From: Macrostomum lignano
Taxonomy: Eukaryota
Assembly: GCA_002269645.1 (NCBI GenBank)
Contig: NIVC01002621.1
Coordinates: 1-64,000 of the forward strand
DNA: 64,000 bases
Direction of reading: 5' to 3'
The first letter of the stretch is position 1. The number at the start of each line of letters is the position of its first letter. Of this stretch, positions 11,564 to 23,882 are shown piece by piece. A program made the translations under genes and the position numbers. The notes beneath the pieces were generated by a model. It saw only the letters and a list, made by a program, of their open reading frames with translations. It made no database searches and was not told the DNA's origin.

Positions 11564-14033
11564 ATGCTTTCCCAGCTGCCCCTGGTTGCCACGCTGTTGG
11601 CATGGGCGGCGGCCGCCGCGGCAGATTCGCCAGGCTGCGAGTTCAACTCCACCAGCCTGCCGTCGTCCGCGAAGCCGCCGCCGCACCTCCTTTTGCTGAC
11701 ATCGTCGGCTTCAACAGACTCGGCGGCATCGACATCGCTGCAGGCGCCGCTGGGCGGCCTGCTGTCCTACGGCTGCCCCGGCTTCACCGAGCGTCGCTAC
11801 GCCGTCTGCCTGCCCGGCTTTGGCTGGCATCCCGACGTGAGCTGCCCGAAGTCGCCCGCTCCGATCCCCGACGAGCTGCCTTGGGGCGTCTGCCGCGTCC
11901 CCGGCGTGCCGGCCCCGGCCGAGGCGGACCTGGCGCCCGTCTGGTCCAACCTCACCGCCTCTCCCGGGCAGAGCGTCTACGTGGATTGCATCGGCGCCGA
12001 CTCGGTGCTGCTGGGCCCGGCTCGGTGGACTTGTCTGCCGGGTGCAGCTGATCCTTCCGGCTCGTCCACCGCTGCGGCCGCTACTGACAAGCCGGCGCCA
12101 GCCGTTGGTCGCTGGGATCGCAACAGCCTGCCGAGATGCGTTCGACAGTCGGTTCGCTGCTGGCGACCCGCTGCTGCCACGGCCGAGAGGTGCCTCAATC
12201 CGGCCTGCAATTTCTACTTTGCAGACTCGGTGGCCGTGTTCACGTGAGTGGACAGTGAGGACTTGTGGCGCAGACAGTAAGGCTGAAAGTGCCTCAGCGT
12301 TAGTACTAGCTCCTTACTCAATGCCAGCTCTCTGTGCTTCAGACTGGCACTGAGGTACTAAGAGACTGGCACTGCGGTACTAAGAGACTGGCACTGAGGC
12401 ACTAAGAGACTGACACTGAGGCACTAAGAGACTGGCACTGAGGCACTAAGAGACTGGCACTGAGGCACTAAGAGACTGGCACTGAGGCACTAAGAGACTG
12501 GCACTGAGGCACTAAGAGACTGGCACTGCGGTACTAAGAGACTGGCACTGAGGCACTAAGAGACTGGCACTGCGGTACTAAGATACTGGCACTGCGGTAC
12601 TAAGAGACTGGCACTGAAGTACTAAGAGACTGGCACTGAGGTCTAAGAGACTGGCACTGAGGTCTAAGAGACTGGCACTGAGGTACTACATGTAGGAGAC
12701 TGGCACTGAGGCACTAAGAGACTGGCACTGAGGTACTAAGAGACTGGCACTGAGGTACTACATGTAGGAGACTGGCACTGAGGCACTAAGAGACTGGCAC
12801 TGAGGCACTAAGAGACTGGCACTGAGGTACCAAGAGACTGGCACTGATAAGCCATTGAGCTGATACTAAAACTCTAAGATTCCCTAGGATGCGCTGCTAT
12901 TTTACAACAGAATCCACCTTCGCTTTCACAATGCTTTCAACTTGAATCCTTTTCCCCATATGCGCAGTTGCGGCGGTCGCCAAACCGCACACCTGTGCCA
13001 GGCCAACGGCACCTGGTATCCCGGCACGGAGTCCCTGTGCGCCACTGCACCGCCAACAGTCGGGCAGGCCGGCTCGCCCAACCTGATGACCACCCTGGCC
13101 TGGGTGCTGGGCCCGTGCGCCGTGCTGGCCCTGCTGCTGCTGGCCGTGGCTCTCGCTCTGCTCGCCCTACGCCGGGCGAGATTTCTGCGCCGGCGCCGGG
13201 CGCGTCACAATGCCGCCGCTGCTGCCATAGTTGCCGCGGCCGGCGGCTCAACTGCTTCCCTGGGGCCGCTGCCGCCGCCTCTGACCCCGTCGGCTGGCAG
13301 TCGCGACGCCGCCTACTTTGACGAATTCGACTACTTCAGTTATGCCAGCGGCGGCTACTACTATGACGACTTTGGCGCCATCGACCTGCTGCTCGACTCG
13401 TCGTCCGGCGGCCGGCGCAGCTTCCCTCGGGCCTCGTCGTCGGCCGCCTACGACGACGACGGCGTCGGGGGTGGTGACGGCAGCGGCGGCGCTGGCGGAG
13501 GCGATCTGGTGCGCCTGCTGTCAGCCGCCAGGCCGCCCAGCTACGATGAGGCGGTGGCCGCCGACAACCCGGCTGCGCTGTCCGGCGTCGGATCCGCTGT
13601 CCGCGGTGGCCGCGGGACGGCCGCACCAACGGCTTCGGCCTCGGCGGCTGCCGGCGCCGCTCCTGCTCTGCAAGCGGGCAACCCGGCGTCGCGCAGCCTC
13701 TCGGGCGCCCAGTCGCGTCGACGGCCGCGCCCGCTGCAGTCGACTGGACCTCTCGGCGGCGGCGGTCTGTGCGACGGGGACACTCTGTCAACTTCCACCG
13801 CCGTCAGCCTGCCGGCCCCAGCTGTCTCCATTGCCGGGGGCGCCGCGTCGCCGCAGCAGCAGCAGCAGCAGCAGTCCCAGTGTCGCAGCTCCCTGGAAAC
13901 GATGGCCTTCAGCGACGGCACTTCGGTGACGCTGCCGACTCTGGAAAGCACCAGCAGCCGCAGCCTGGCCAGCAACCGGCCTCTGTGCGGCTCCGTTGGC
14001 AAACCGGCCGACTGTGCGGACGGCGCTGCGTGA
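11564..14033 (+). CDS. Type-I membrane protein with Sushi/CCP-like modules and a PPxY-bearing tail (SUSD4/SUSD6-like architecture), 2 exons (11564-12243, 12968-14033), ~581 aa
   Basis: Hydrophobic N-terminus (LPLVATLLAWAAAAAA); CCP-like Cys/Trp patterns (C..LLGPARWTC..RW..PRC; C..QANGTW..C); TM helix LAWVLGPCAVLALLLLAVALALLAL followed by RRARFLRRRR; PPSYDEAV. GT at 12244 and AG at 12966-12967 are phase 2 compatible. Confidence 0.75.
12340..12850. repeat. 22-bp intronic minisatellite (AAGAGACTGGCACTGAGGCACT)
   Basis: About 23 copies visible inside the Sushi-gene intron. Confidence 0.93.
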
Positions 14034-14034
14034 T

Positions 14035-14062
14035 CTGACCTGTCTGTCTGTCTGTGTGTCTT

Positions 14063-14125
<63 letters not shown>

Positions 14126-14160
14126 GCCTGCCTGTCTGTCTGTCTGTCTCAGTGTCTCAG

Positions 14161-14197
<37 letters not shown>

Positions 14198-14355
14198 CAG
14201 TGTCTCAGTGTCTGTCTGTGTGTCTGTCTCAGTGTCTCAGTGTCTGTCTGTCTGTCTCAGTGTCTCAGTGTCTGTCTGTCTGTCTGTCTGTCTCAGTGTC
14301 TCAGTGTCTGTCTGTCTGTCTGTCTGCGCATGTCTGTCTGTCTGTCTGTGTGTAT
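14035..14355. repeat. (TGTC)n microsatellite immediately after the stop codon
   Basis: Visible run; explains the CLSV ORFs. Confidence 0.95.
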
Positions 14356-15199
14356 GTATGCCTGTCTTTCTGGTTCTTTCTGTCTGCCTGTCTTTTCCTT
14401 TCCCACCTGTCCCCTATTCTCTTTACCTTTGTTTAGCCGTCAGCCGCCCCAACGCTCTCCTCTGCTGCTCCACAGCTTACTGCTGTCGGTGTGTTTGGGT
14501 CAGCGCAAATGCAGTGCGCGTGTAGATGTGAATATTGCTGCAGAACCTGCCTATCTATACAGGATCAGCACTTACTTGCGACTGCACAAAAATGCTTATA
14601 AGATTAATCAAATCCGCTACTGTGCTCAGATTTTCGATTGAATAATCTAATCCTTAAACTTATCTGTCGAATATTGTGTATAATACTCATAATTGCGCCA
14701 TTTACTATTTGAAATGTCTCCGAAGTTTATGTACTATTACTGTTTATTTACTATTATTTATCAGTGCGTTATTTTGTAATTCTGTTATTAAACTGCATTC
14801 TGATTCAGATATTGCTGCTTCTGATGCAATCTGCTTAATATCTTTGATAGGTCAGCTGTTGAATTTTTAATGCTCTGCATTCTCAATTTTTGATGCGGCG
14901 CTGGCCAGCTTCCTTTACTGTGTTAATAACAGTGCAGGTATCATAAATGTACGCTGCTGTAGGATACCGCAGCTTATGTATCAGATCTGCTTCTATTCTA
15001 GAGCATTGGAGGCCAGCTTCACAAATATATCTCTTTATATACTGCCCTTTAGCGGACTTCAGGGCTCGCTTATTATATCTTCTATATTATATTCTATTTT
15101 TTCAATACAGAGAGCGCTTTGATCCGCAAAAAAATGAACGGCTGGTGTGTTCTCGATTTTTATTTTATTGATTTCAATGAGATCTGATGAGAAATGGGG

Positions 15200-16670
15200 T
15201 GACTGGTTGATAATAAGGGTAGAATGGTTGATAAGGAGGATAGAATGGTTGATAATGAGGGTAGAATGGTTGATAATGAGGGTAGAATGGTTGATAAGAA
15301 ATGAGATGGCTGGTTGATAATGAGGGTAGAATGGTTGATAAGAAATTAGATGGCTGGTTAATAATGAGGGTAGAATGGTTGATAAGGAGGATAGAATGGT
15401 TGATAAGAAATTAGATGGCTGGTTAATAATGAGGGTAGAATGGTTGATAAGAAATTAGATGGCTGGTTAATAATGAGGGTAGAATGGTTGATAAGGAGGG
15501 TAGAATGGTTAATGATAAGAAATGAGATGGCTGGTTGATAAGGAGGGTAGAATGGTTGATAAGAAATTAGATGGCTGGTTAATAATGAGGGTAGAATGGT
15601 TGATAAGGAGGGTAGAATGGTTAATGATAAGAAATGAGATGGCTGGTTGATAAGGAGGGTAGAATGGTTGATAAGAAATTAGATGGCTGGTTAATAATGA
15701 GGGTAGAATGGTTGATAAGAAATTAGATGGCTGGTTAATAATGAGGGTAGAATGGTTGATAAGGAGGGTAGAATGGTTAATGATAAGAAATGAGATGGCT
15801 GGTTGATAAGGAGGGTAGAATGGTTGATAAGAAATTAGATGGCTGGTTAATAATGAGGGTAGAATGGTTGATAAGGAGGATAGAATGGTTGATAAGAAAT
15901 TAGATGGCTGGTTAATAATGAGGGTAGAATGGTTGATAAGAAATTAGATGGCTGGTTAATAATGAGGGTAGAATGGTTGATAAGGAGGATAGAATGGTTG
16001 ATAAGAAATTAGATGGCTGGTTAATAATGAGGGTAGAATGGTTGATAAGAAATTAGATGGCTGGTTAATAATGAGGGTAGAATGGTTGATAAGGAGGGTA
16101 GAATGGTTGATGATAAGAAATGAGATGGCTGGTTGATAAGAAGGGTAGAATGGTTGATGAGGAGGGTAGAATGGTTGATGATAAGAAATGAGATGGCTGG
16201 TTGATAAGGAGGGTAGAATGGTTGATAAGGAGGTTGAATGGTTGATAAGGAGGTTGAATGGTTGATAAGAAATTAGATGGCTGGTTAATAATGAGGGTAG
16301 AATGGTTGATAAGGAGGGTAGAATGGTTGATAAGGAGGGTAGAATGGTTGATAAGGAGGGTAGAATGGTTGATAAGGAGGGTAGAATGGTTGATAAGAAA
16401 TTAGATGGCTGGTTAATAATGAGGGTAGAATGGTTGATGATAAGAAATGAGATGGCTGGTTGATAATGAGGGTAGAATGGTTGATAAGAAATTAGATGGC
16501 TGGTTAATAATGAGGGTAGAATGGTTGATAAGGAGGGTAGAATGGTCGATAAGAAATGAGATGGCTGGTTGATAATGAGGGTAGAATGGTTGATAAGAAA
16601 TGAGATGGCTGGTTGATAATGAGGGTAGAATGGTTGATAAGAAATGAGATGGCTGGTTGATAAGGAGAGG
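15200..16670. repeat. Compound minisatellite built on ~21-23-bp units (GGGTAGAATGGTTGATAAGGA / AAATTAGATGGCTGGTTAATAAT)
   Basis: Visible tandem repeats with alternating unit types. Confidence 0.93.
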
Positions 16671-17689
16671 AGATCGACCGATAAAGATTGAGGTGGTGAA
16701 GTGTGAGTTTTAACTGGCCAGTGGAATCCAGGGTCGTTTGGAGGGCACTGAAGATTGGAAATTGATCCGTCGTCTTTGCTCAATTTTAAACTTCTGGTCC
16801 AGGGTTGCCGCCGGCTGAGGGCGCTCAACTTTTTTGTTAAAAAAATGAGCCGCTTCCTCTTGCAAAAGAGATGGACAGGAGAGGTTGGGCAGAAATTGCT
16901 TCTGAAACCCGACAACTGTACTTTAGGCTTTGGACTCACTTGCTGCTTACTGTCTGCTCTACAGGTTAAAAGTGTAAGGCTGTATACCTGGGGGTCTGCA
17001 GGGATGGCAGTGTGCCGCGCGCCTTTGATTAGCCCGCAGAAGACTCCGGTTCTGCAGGTATCATCTAGTTCAGCCAGCCTTTAGTTTACGGAACATCGGA
17101 AATGCCGCAGGTTTCAATGTTGCCAAGATAAAACAAGGCTAATTGAGAAATAGCAATTCATCATCTGATTAGTGGTGCCGCAAGTTTTTTGGTTTCCGTT
17201 GGAGACCAAAACAATGCTGCTGTCCATGTGCACTCACGCAGCAGGCAGGGCCCGCTTCTCAGCCGGTTTCCACCCGAAGGCTGGGCAAGTGGGGAGCGCC
17301 AGCTTAATTATTTAGCCAGTCTTATTGTCCGCCGACTGCAGGCAGGCGGGCAGGAGACCCTTGGCTGCATAAAGGCGGCGCCCCTTGCTGAGCTTCCTGA
17401 CTCTGACAGGCCTTGTGTCTCCTCTCTCCCTACCCGCCTTTAGTCTACAGCGAAGTCAGAATGCTTGCAGACAAATACTCAGCGATTGGGCTGACATGTG
17501 ACATGGCAAGTGGATGAAGAAAGTACTGGAGAGTAAGGAGAAGTGAAGGAAGGTGGGGAGGTCAATACAGGGGGGCAATACAGATAAAGTCATTAAATTC
17601 GATTAACGTTTTTCTAAAGCCATTTTTTATTCCGGACGCGAATTTTCCGAAGGCGGCCGCCGAGTGAGAGGGGAAGCTCTGAGACCTCT

Positions 17690-17710
17690 CACTGACCAAT
17701 CAGAGGCCGC
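17690..17710 (+). promoter_or_regulatory. CCAAT box in a GC-rich segment upstream of the MMP gene
   Basis: TGACCAATCAGAGG at ~17693-17706, ~110 nt upstream of the ATG; motif only. Confidence 0.3.
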
Positions 17711-17809
17711 CTGCCCATCCCTGCCGTGTTTACAAAAACAAAGCAATTTTGCATCCCCCTGGCTCAGGGCCCTCGGTTTTCTAATTACTGCACTCAACAG
17801 CTGAGGAAG

Positions 17810-18921
17810 ATGCCGGCAGGATATTTACTGATCTCTGCACTGCTGCTGCTGCTGCCGCCATCGGGCTGCAGCGCGCCAGTTGACCATTTGACTGAAGGGG
17901 CTGGCGGTGGCTCTGCCGCGGTGCCAGTGACTGCCAACACATTCCACTCTGTTGGTCGGGTAAGCTGACTGAACATTCACACACCTGTCATACACGCTCA
18001 CACAGGATGTACAGCAGCCATGACTTTCTAATGGTCAGGCATGTACAGTCTCTGCGCCTTGGGGGGCTGGCACTCCTGGGCTGCTTTCGGACGCCAAGTT
18101 GAAAAGTTTCAACTGCTGTTTTTCAGGCTTTTCTGCTGAGATTTGGCTACTTGAACGATTGCCCCCCTGGCGGCCAAGTGGCGGCGACACGACCTACCCC
18201 TACCGGTTACCCATTGGAAACCACCGCGAAAGACAACCCGCTGGAAACCACCACTGAGGACAATCTGTCAACAACCGCCGCCAGCTCCGCTGTCCCGCAG
18301 AATCTCGCTGACTTGCCCGAGCTTCTTGGCGTCGCCAAGGAGACGTCCCCCGAGCTGAAGGCTCCGCCAGCACGAGCCGATCGCAACACCGCCGCTGACT
18401 GTCAGTCCGCCTCCGACAGCTCCGACCTCGCCGCGGCTCTGCTCGCCTTCCAGGCGGCCTACGAGCTGCCCCGCACCGGCCTGCCAGACCCGCCGACGCT
18501 GGACGCCATGAACGAGCGGCGCTGCGGCCTCGCCGACTCCCCCGACGCTCTGTCCAGGGAGGCGAATCGCGTTCCGCCGTCCACCGCCAACCGGCGCCAC
18601 CCTCGCAGCGTCCTTCACCGTCAGCTGCCGTCAGCCGACCGGTTTCACCGCCGCACGATCACCTGGGAGCTGGCGCCAGGCCGCGAGTCCGCCCAGCTGC
18701 CCAGGGAGCTTCAGCGGCGCCTGCTGGCCGAAGCCTTTCGCTCCTGGGCGACGGTGTCGCCCGTCTACTTCCAGGAGATTCCGGCGCCGGTTGAGGCCGC
18801 CGACTGGTCTGACCGGCCTCCCGCTGACATCAGTGTCAGCTTTGAGAGGCGTGAGTTGAGACTTCTGTCTGTTAGCCTTAGTGTCTGTCTGTCTGTCTGC
18901 CTGCCTGCCTGTCTGCCTGCC

Positions 18922-18982
<61 letters not shown>

Positions 18983-19041
18983 GCCTGTCTGCCTGTTTGC
19001 CTGCCTGTCTGTCTGTCTGTCTGCCTGTCTGTCTGTCTTAG

Positions 19042-19078
<37 letters not shown>

Positions 19079-19106
19079 TAGTGCTTCCCTGTCTGTCTGT
19101 CTGTCC

Positions 19107-19182
<76 letters not shown>

Positions 19183-22100
19183 GACTGTCGACCCGCCCGC
19201 AGTCCAACACGGAGCCTGCCGCCACGCTTTCGACGGTCCCGGCAACGAGGTGTCGCACGCCAGGGCCGCCGGTCCCATTCACATCGACGCCGACGAAGAT
19301 TTCCGCGGGACACTTCAGCAGCAGCGGCGGGGGCAGCCGACTGGCCCGAGTGTCGACCTCCGACGGGTGTTCATCCACGAGATCGGGCACACCCTCGGCT
19401 TGCTGCACAGCGCCCGCCCGGACTCGGTGATGCACCCCGCCAACCTGCTGCGGCAGGGCGGCCCGGCGCCGCAGATCGGAGCGCAGGAGCGCCGTCTGGT
19501 GCAGGAAAATTACGGTGCGTCTCGGGCTTAGTCCGAAGGCTTATAAAGATTGAGATCTGTAGACGCCTATTTTGCATAGACGCCGATGAAATAGTTTAAG
19601 TAGTGGGCTGGCAGGTGAAAGCGATGTGCAACTCGCGAATCCGCAGGCGCCTGCTCTGCCAAGGTGAACTCCGTCTTCGACTGGATTCGGACCGACCCCG
19701 AGCGCGGCTACCCGGTCTTCAACACCTACTTCTTCGCCTGCGAGTTCTACTGGCTGTTCGACAATTCGGCTGGCCGGCCACGCCTGGGCGATCCTCGGCC
19801 AGTAGGCCAGGGCTGGCCGGGCGTGCCGGACGGTCCGGACGCGGCGCTGGAGCTGGTGGACTTCGACCCGGCTGGGAAGGACAACGTGTACCTGCTGTTC
19901 TTCTTCTTCGGTGGGTGGATTGAGTTCGTGAGATGATGAGGAGCATTAGATGATGAGGAGCATGAGATGATGAGGAGCATGAGATGATAAGGAGCATGAG
20001 ATAATGGGGGCATGAGATGATGAGGAGCATTAGATGATGAGGAGCATGAGATGATGAGGAGCATGAGATGATGAGGAGCATGAGATGATGAGGAGCATGA
20101 GATGATGAGGAACATTAGATGATGAGGAGCATGAGATGATGAGGAGCATTAGATGATGAGGAGCATGAGATGATGAGGAGCATGAGATGATGAGGAACAT
20201 GAGATGATGAGGAGCATGAGATGATGAGGAGCATTAGATGATGAGGAGCATGAGATGATGAGGAACATTAGATGATGAGGAGCATGAGATGATGAGGAAC
20301 ATTAGATGATGAGGAGCATGAGATGATGAGGAGCATTAGATGATGGGGAGCATGAGATGATGAGGAGCATGAGATTATGAGGAGCATGAGATGATGAGGA
20401 GCATGAGATGATGAGGAGCATGAGATGATGAGGAGCATGAGATGATGAGGAGCATGAGATGATGAGGAACATTAGATGATGAGGAGCATGAGATGATGGG
20501 GAGCATGAGATGATGGGGAGCATGAGATGATGGAAAACGTGAGGAGTTGGGAGACTGAGATTGATAATCTAAGACTTGGACAATGCGATATAACTTCATA
20601 TTGCTTCGATTATCTAAGAAAATTCTAAAAAATAAGAATCGGATTCTAGCTGCAGCGACAGGCCTGGCTTAGTCGGGTCAAATTAATCATCAGTTTTATC
20701 CCACCTGGCTAATTATTGCTTGCCCTATTTATCCCCCCAAATCCCATTGTGCCCTTATCAGACTGATTGACAGTAAAGACTCTTAATTATGAGATGCATT
20801 CATCTCATAATTTCATTTTTACAGCTAATTAATCTAGTGGAGCTGCATCCCTCTCTACTATTTTATTAACAGCTGATAATATCTCGGAAATTGAATCCTA
20901 TACCCGGACGTTACCCGGACATTCTCGGACACTCTGGCTCATACCTAGATATTCTATACCGTAATCAGGACAATTCCTGGTGCCTGAACATTTCATTCCC
21001 GGACACTCGGTCCCATACCCGGACATTCCATCCCATACTCGGACATTCCATCACATACTCGGACATTCTATCGCATACCCGGACATTCCATCCCATACTC
21101 GGACATTCCATCACATACTCGGACATTCTATCGCATACCCGGACATTCCATCCCATGCCCAGACATTCCATCGCATACCCGGACACTTCATGCCCCTAAA
21201 TCGCCTCACCCTCCCCCACTCCCGCACCCCTCGGCCAGGCGGCGAATTCCTGGAATTCGACAGCGCCAAGACGGCCGCAAAGCCGGGCTACCCGAAGAAA
21301 ATCGCGGACAATTTCGGGCCGAAGCCGGGCTACCAGTACAGCGTCCCGGACAGAATCGACAGCGCCTTCTACGACTACGGAACCGGCCTGGTGCACTTTT
21401 TCAAGGGCATCTGGGTGAGTTAGGAGGCTTTTTGAGTTACCATTGCTAGGACTTCTACTAAGGAGGCCGTGAGCCTAGAATCTGGATTGAGGAACTTTTC
21501 CCTAATCCCAGTGCTTATTATACACGAGAAGGCTGACCTGACGCTCAAGCTGATTCTCGCCACATGAGGACCAATCAACAAGACGCAGATAGTGTGTACA
21601 CGCCTGACGATGATAAAGTCAGGGCTTTTGTACACCCTGTGTGAGCGTGTGGATATGGCTGCTTGCCGTGTGTCGGCTGTCTCCACAGAAGAACGATTCA
21701 TAGAAAAAGTGCAAAGAAATCGAGATATAGAAAAGCTTTCTTTGTTCATGGACGGTGACATCAAGTCAACCAGATTTGTATCTACATACGCTCTTGTGTC
21801 TTTTGGTTTTGTCTTCAATAATTGCAAACTGAGCAGCCCCCCCCCCGCCAACCTCAGGTGTTCATCTACAATCCCGGCTCAGCCAGGCGCTTCAAATTCA
21901 ACAACTGCTGCGAGTCGGTCCGCAGAATTGCTGACAGATTCCCAACCGCGCCTGGGGACAAGCCGCTGCAGACGCCAGTGGACTCCGTGTACTTCCGCCT
22001 GGCCGATGGCGGCCTGTACTTCTTCTCGGGCCGGGAGGTCTGGCAGGACGTGGCATATTCGGCCTACCGTCCGCCAGCGGCCGGGGTGCCCGCGGCCGGA

Positions 22101-22199
22101 CTCCTGCGCTACCGTGGCCGGGCCAGCGACAAGTGGCCGGATCTGTGCTTTCCTGAGCACAGCAAGTGCGACCTGAGCAAGGTCAAGCTGGAGGACTGA
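17810..22199 (+). CDS. MMP21: Matrix metalloproteinase, MMP21-like; 6 exons (17810-17959, 18127-18850, 19203-19514, 19647-19910, 21239-21414, 21858-22199), ~655 aa
   Basis: Signal peptide; FLLRFGYL; cysteine switch RRCGLAD; [11 protein letters not shown] zinc motif; Met-turn SVMHP; hemopexin repeats. All five GT-AG introns are phase compatible and total length is 1968 nt. MMP21-type motifs from memory: [69 protein letters not shown]. Confidence 0.85.
18880..19185. repeat. (TGTC)n microsatellite in MMP intron 2
   Basis: Visible run. Confidence 0.95.
19925..20535. repeat. 17-bp minisatellite (GAGCATGAGATGATGAG) in MMP intron 4
   Basis: About 35 copies visible. Confidence 0.95.
20900..21190. 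repeat. 20-bp minisatellite (GGACATTCCATCCCATACTC) in MMP intron 4
   Basis: Tandem copies with period 20, degenerate at the 5' side. Confidence 0.85.
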
Positions 22200-22424
22200 T
22201 GCACTGGGAGGTCAAGTTGAAAGTTTGTGGGTTAATCTGATGCGATCAGAGTTAAGTAGCTACTTTTACTTGGTTTTTTAGCGTTCCCGTGTCCCCCGAC
22301 ACAACCCCCGCGATATTACTTTTTATTCGTTTGCCGTGTCGTTTTTACATTATTAAAACAGTGAAAAGCATCGTTCTGTGGATGTTTAGCTGTAGGCGCC
22401 ACCTGCGGGATCTAGCATTTAGGT

Positions 22425-23450
22425 GGTGTGTGAAATGGGTGGTGGGTGAAATGGGGTGGTGGGTGAAATGGGGTGGTGGGTGAAATGGGGTGGTGGTTGA
22501 AATGGGGTGGTGATTGAAATGGGGTGGTGGTTGAAATGAGGTGGTGGTTGAAATGGTTGGTGGGTGAAATGGGTTGGTGACTGAAATGAGGTGGTGGGTG
22601 AAATGGGGTGGTGGGTAAAATGGGGTGGTTTGTGGAATGGTTTGGTGTGTGAAATGGGTTGGTGTGTGAAATGGGATGGTGGGTGAAATGGGGTGGTGGG
22701 TGAAATGGGGTGGTGGGTGAAATGGGGTGGTGGTTGAAATGGGGTGGTGATTGAAATGGGGTGGTGCTTGAAATGAGGTGGTGGTTGAAATGGTTGGTGG
22801 GTGAAATGGGTTGGTGACTGAAATGAGGTGGTGGGTGAAATGGGGTGGTGGGTAAAATGGGGTGGTTTGTGGAATGGTTTGGTGTGTGAAATGGGTTGGT
22901 GTGTGAAATGGGATGGTGGGTGAAATGGGGTGGTGGGTGAAATGGGGTGGTTAGTGAAATGGGGTGGTGGTTGAAATGGGGTGGTGTGTGAAATGGGGTG
23001 GTGGGTGAAATGGGGTGGCGGGTGAAATGGGGTGGTGGGTAAAATGGGGTGGTTAGTGAAATGGGGTGGTGGGTAAAATGGGGTGTTGGGTGAAATGGGG
23101 TGGTGTGTGAAATGGGGTGGTGGGTGAAATGTGGTGGTGGGTAAAATGGGGTGGCGGGTGAAATGGGGTGGTGGGTGAAATGGGGTGGTGGGTGAAATGG
23201 GGTGGTGGGTGAAATGGGGTGGTTAGTGAAATGGGGTGGTGGGTGAAATGGGGTGGTTAGTGAAATGGGGTGGTGGGTGAAATGGGGTGGTGTGTGAAAT
23301 GGGGTGGTGGGTGAAATGGGGTGGCGGGTGAAATGGGGTGGTGGGTGAAATGGGGTGGCGGGTGAAATGGGGTGGTGGGTGAAATGTGGTGATGGCTGAA
23401 GTGGGGTTGTTAGTGAAATGGGGTGGTGGGTGAAACAGTGGTGGGTGAAA
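22425..23450. repeat. 17-bp G-rich minisatellite (GGGTGAAATGGGGTGGT)
   Basis: About 60 copies visible between the convergent MMP and DEG/ENaC 3' ends. Confidence 0.95.
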
Positions 23451-23882
23451 CGGGAAATTTTTGCTAAAAAATTGCAGGAGAGTCTGCAATCAAATTTAGT
23501 AACCGCACCAGAAAAAATAACCAAATCCAGTGAAAATCTCTCTTTGAAAATATTTTTCTCAATCACCTGTTAAAATACGGCATCAACGCAATACTCTGCT
23601 TTTTTAAGGCAATAAGTTTCCTCATTGGGCACATTATAATTACGAGTTGATTTTTTACCTAAAATAAATATTTACATCCGCTATGGGTTCCGCTCTGATC
23701 TCACGTATTTTGAGCATTCAGTAATTATCATATCGAAATTTAGCTGTCTGCAATGTACCAGTATTTATTCTATACTGAGTCAGGTCTGTAACACAGCGCA
23801 GGTACAAAGACACAGTATGGGCCTATGAAGGCTTTTTTGGCTTTCTGGTGACCGCCTCAGCGCAACAGTCTGTTGAGGCTCT

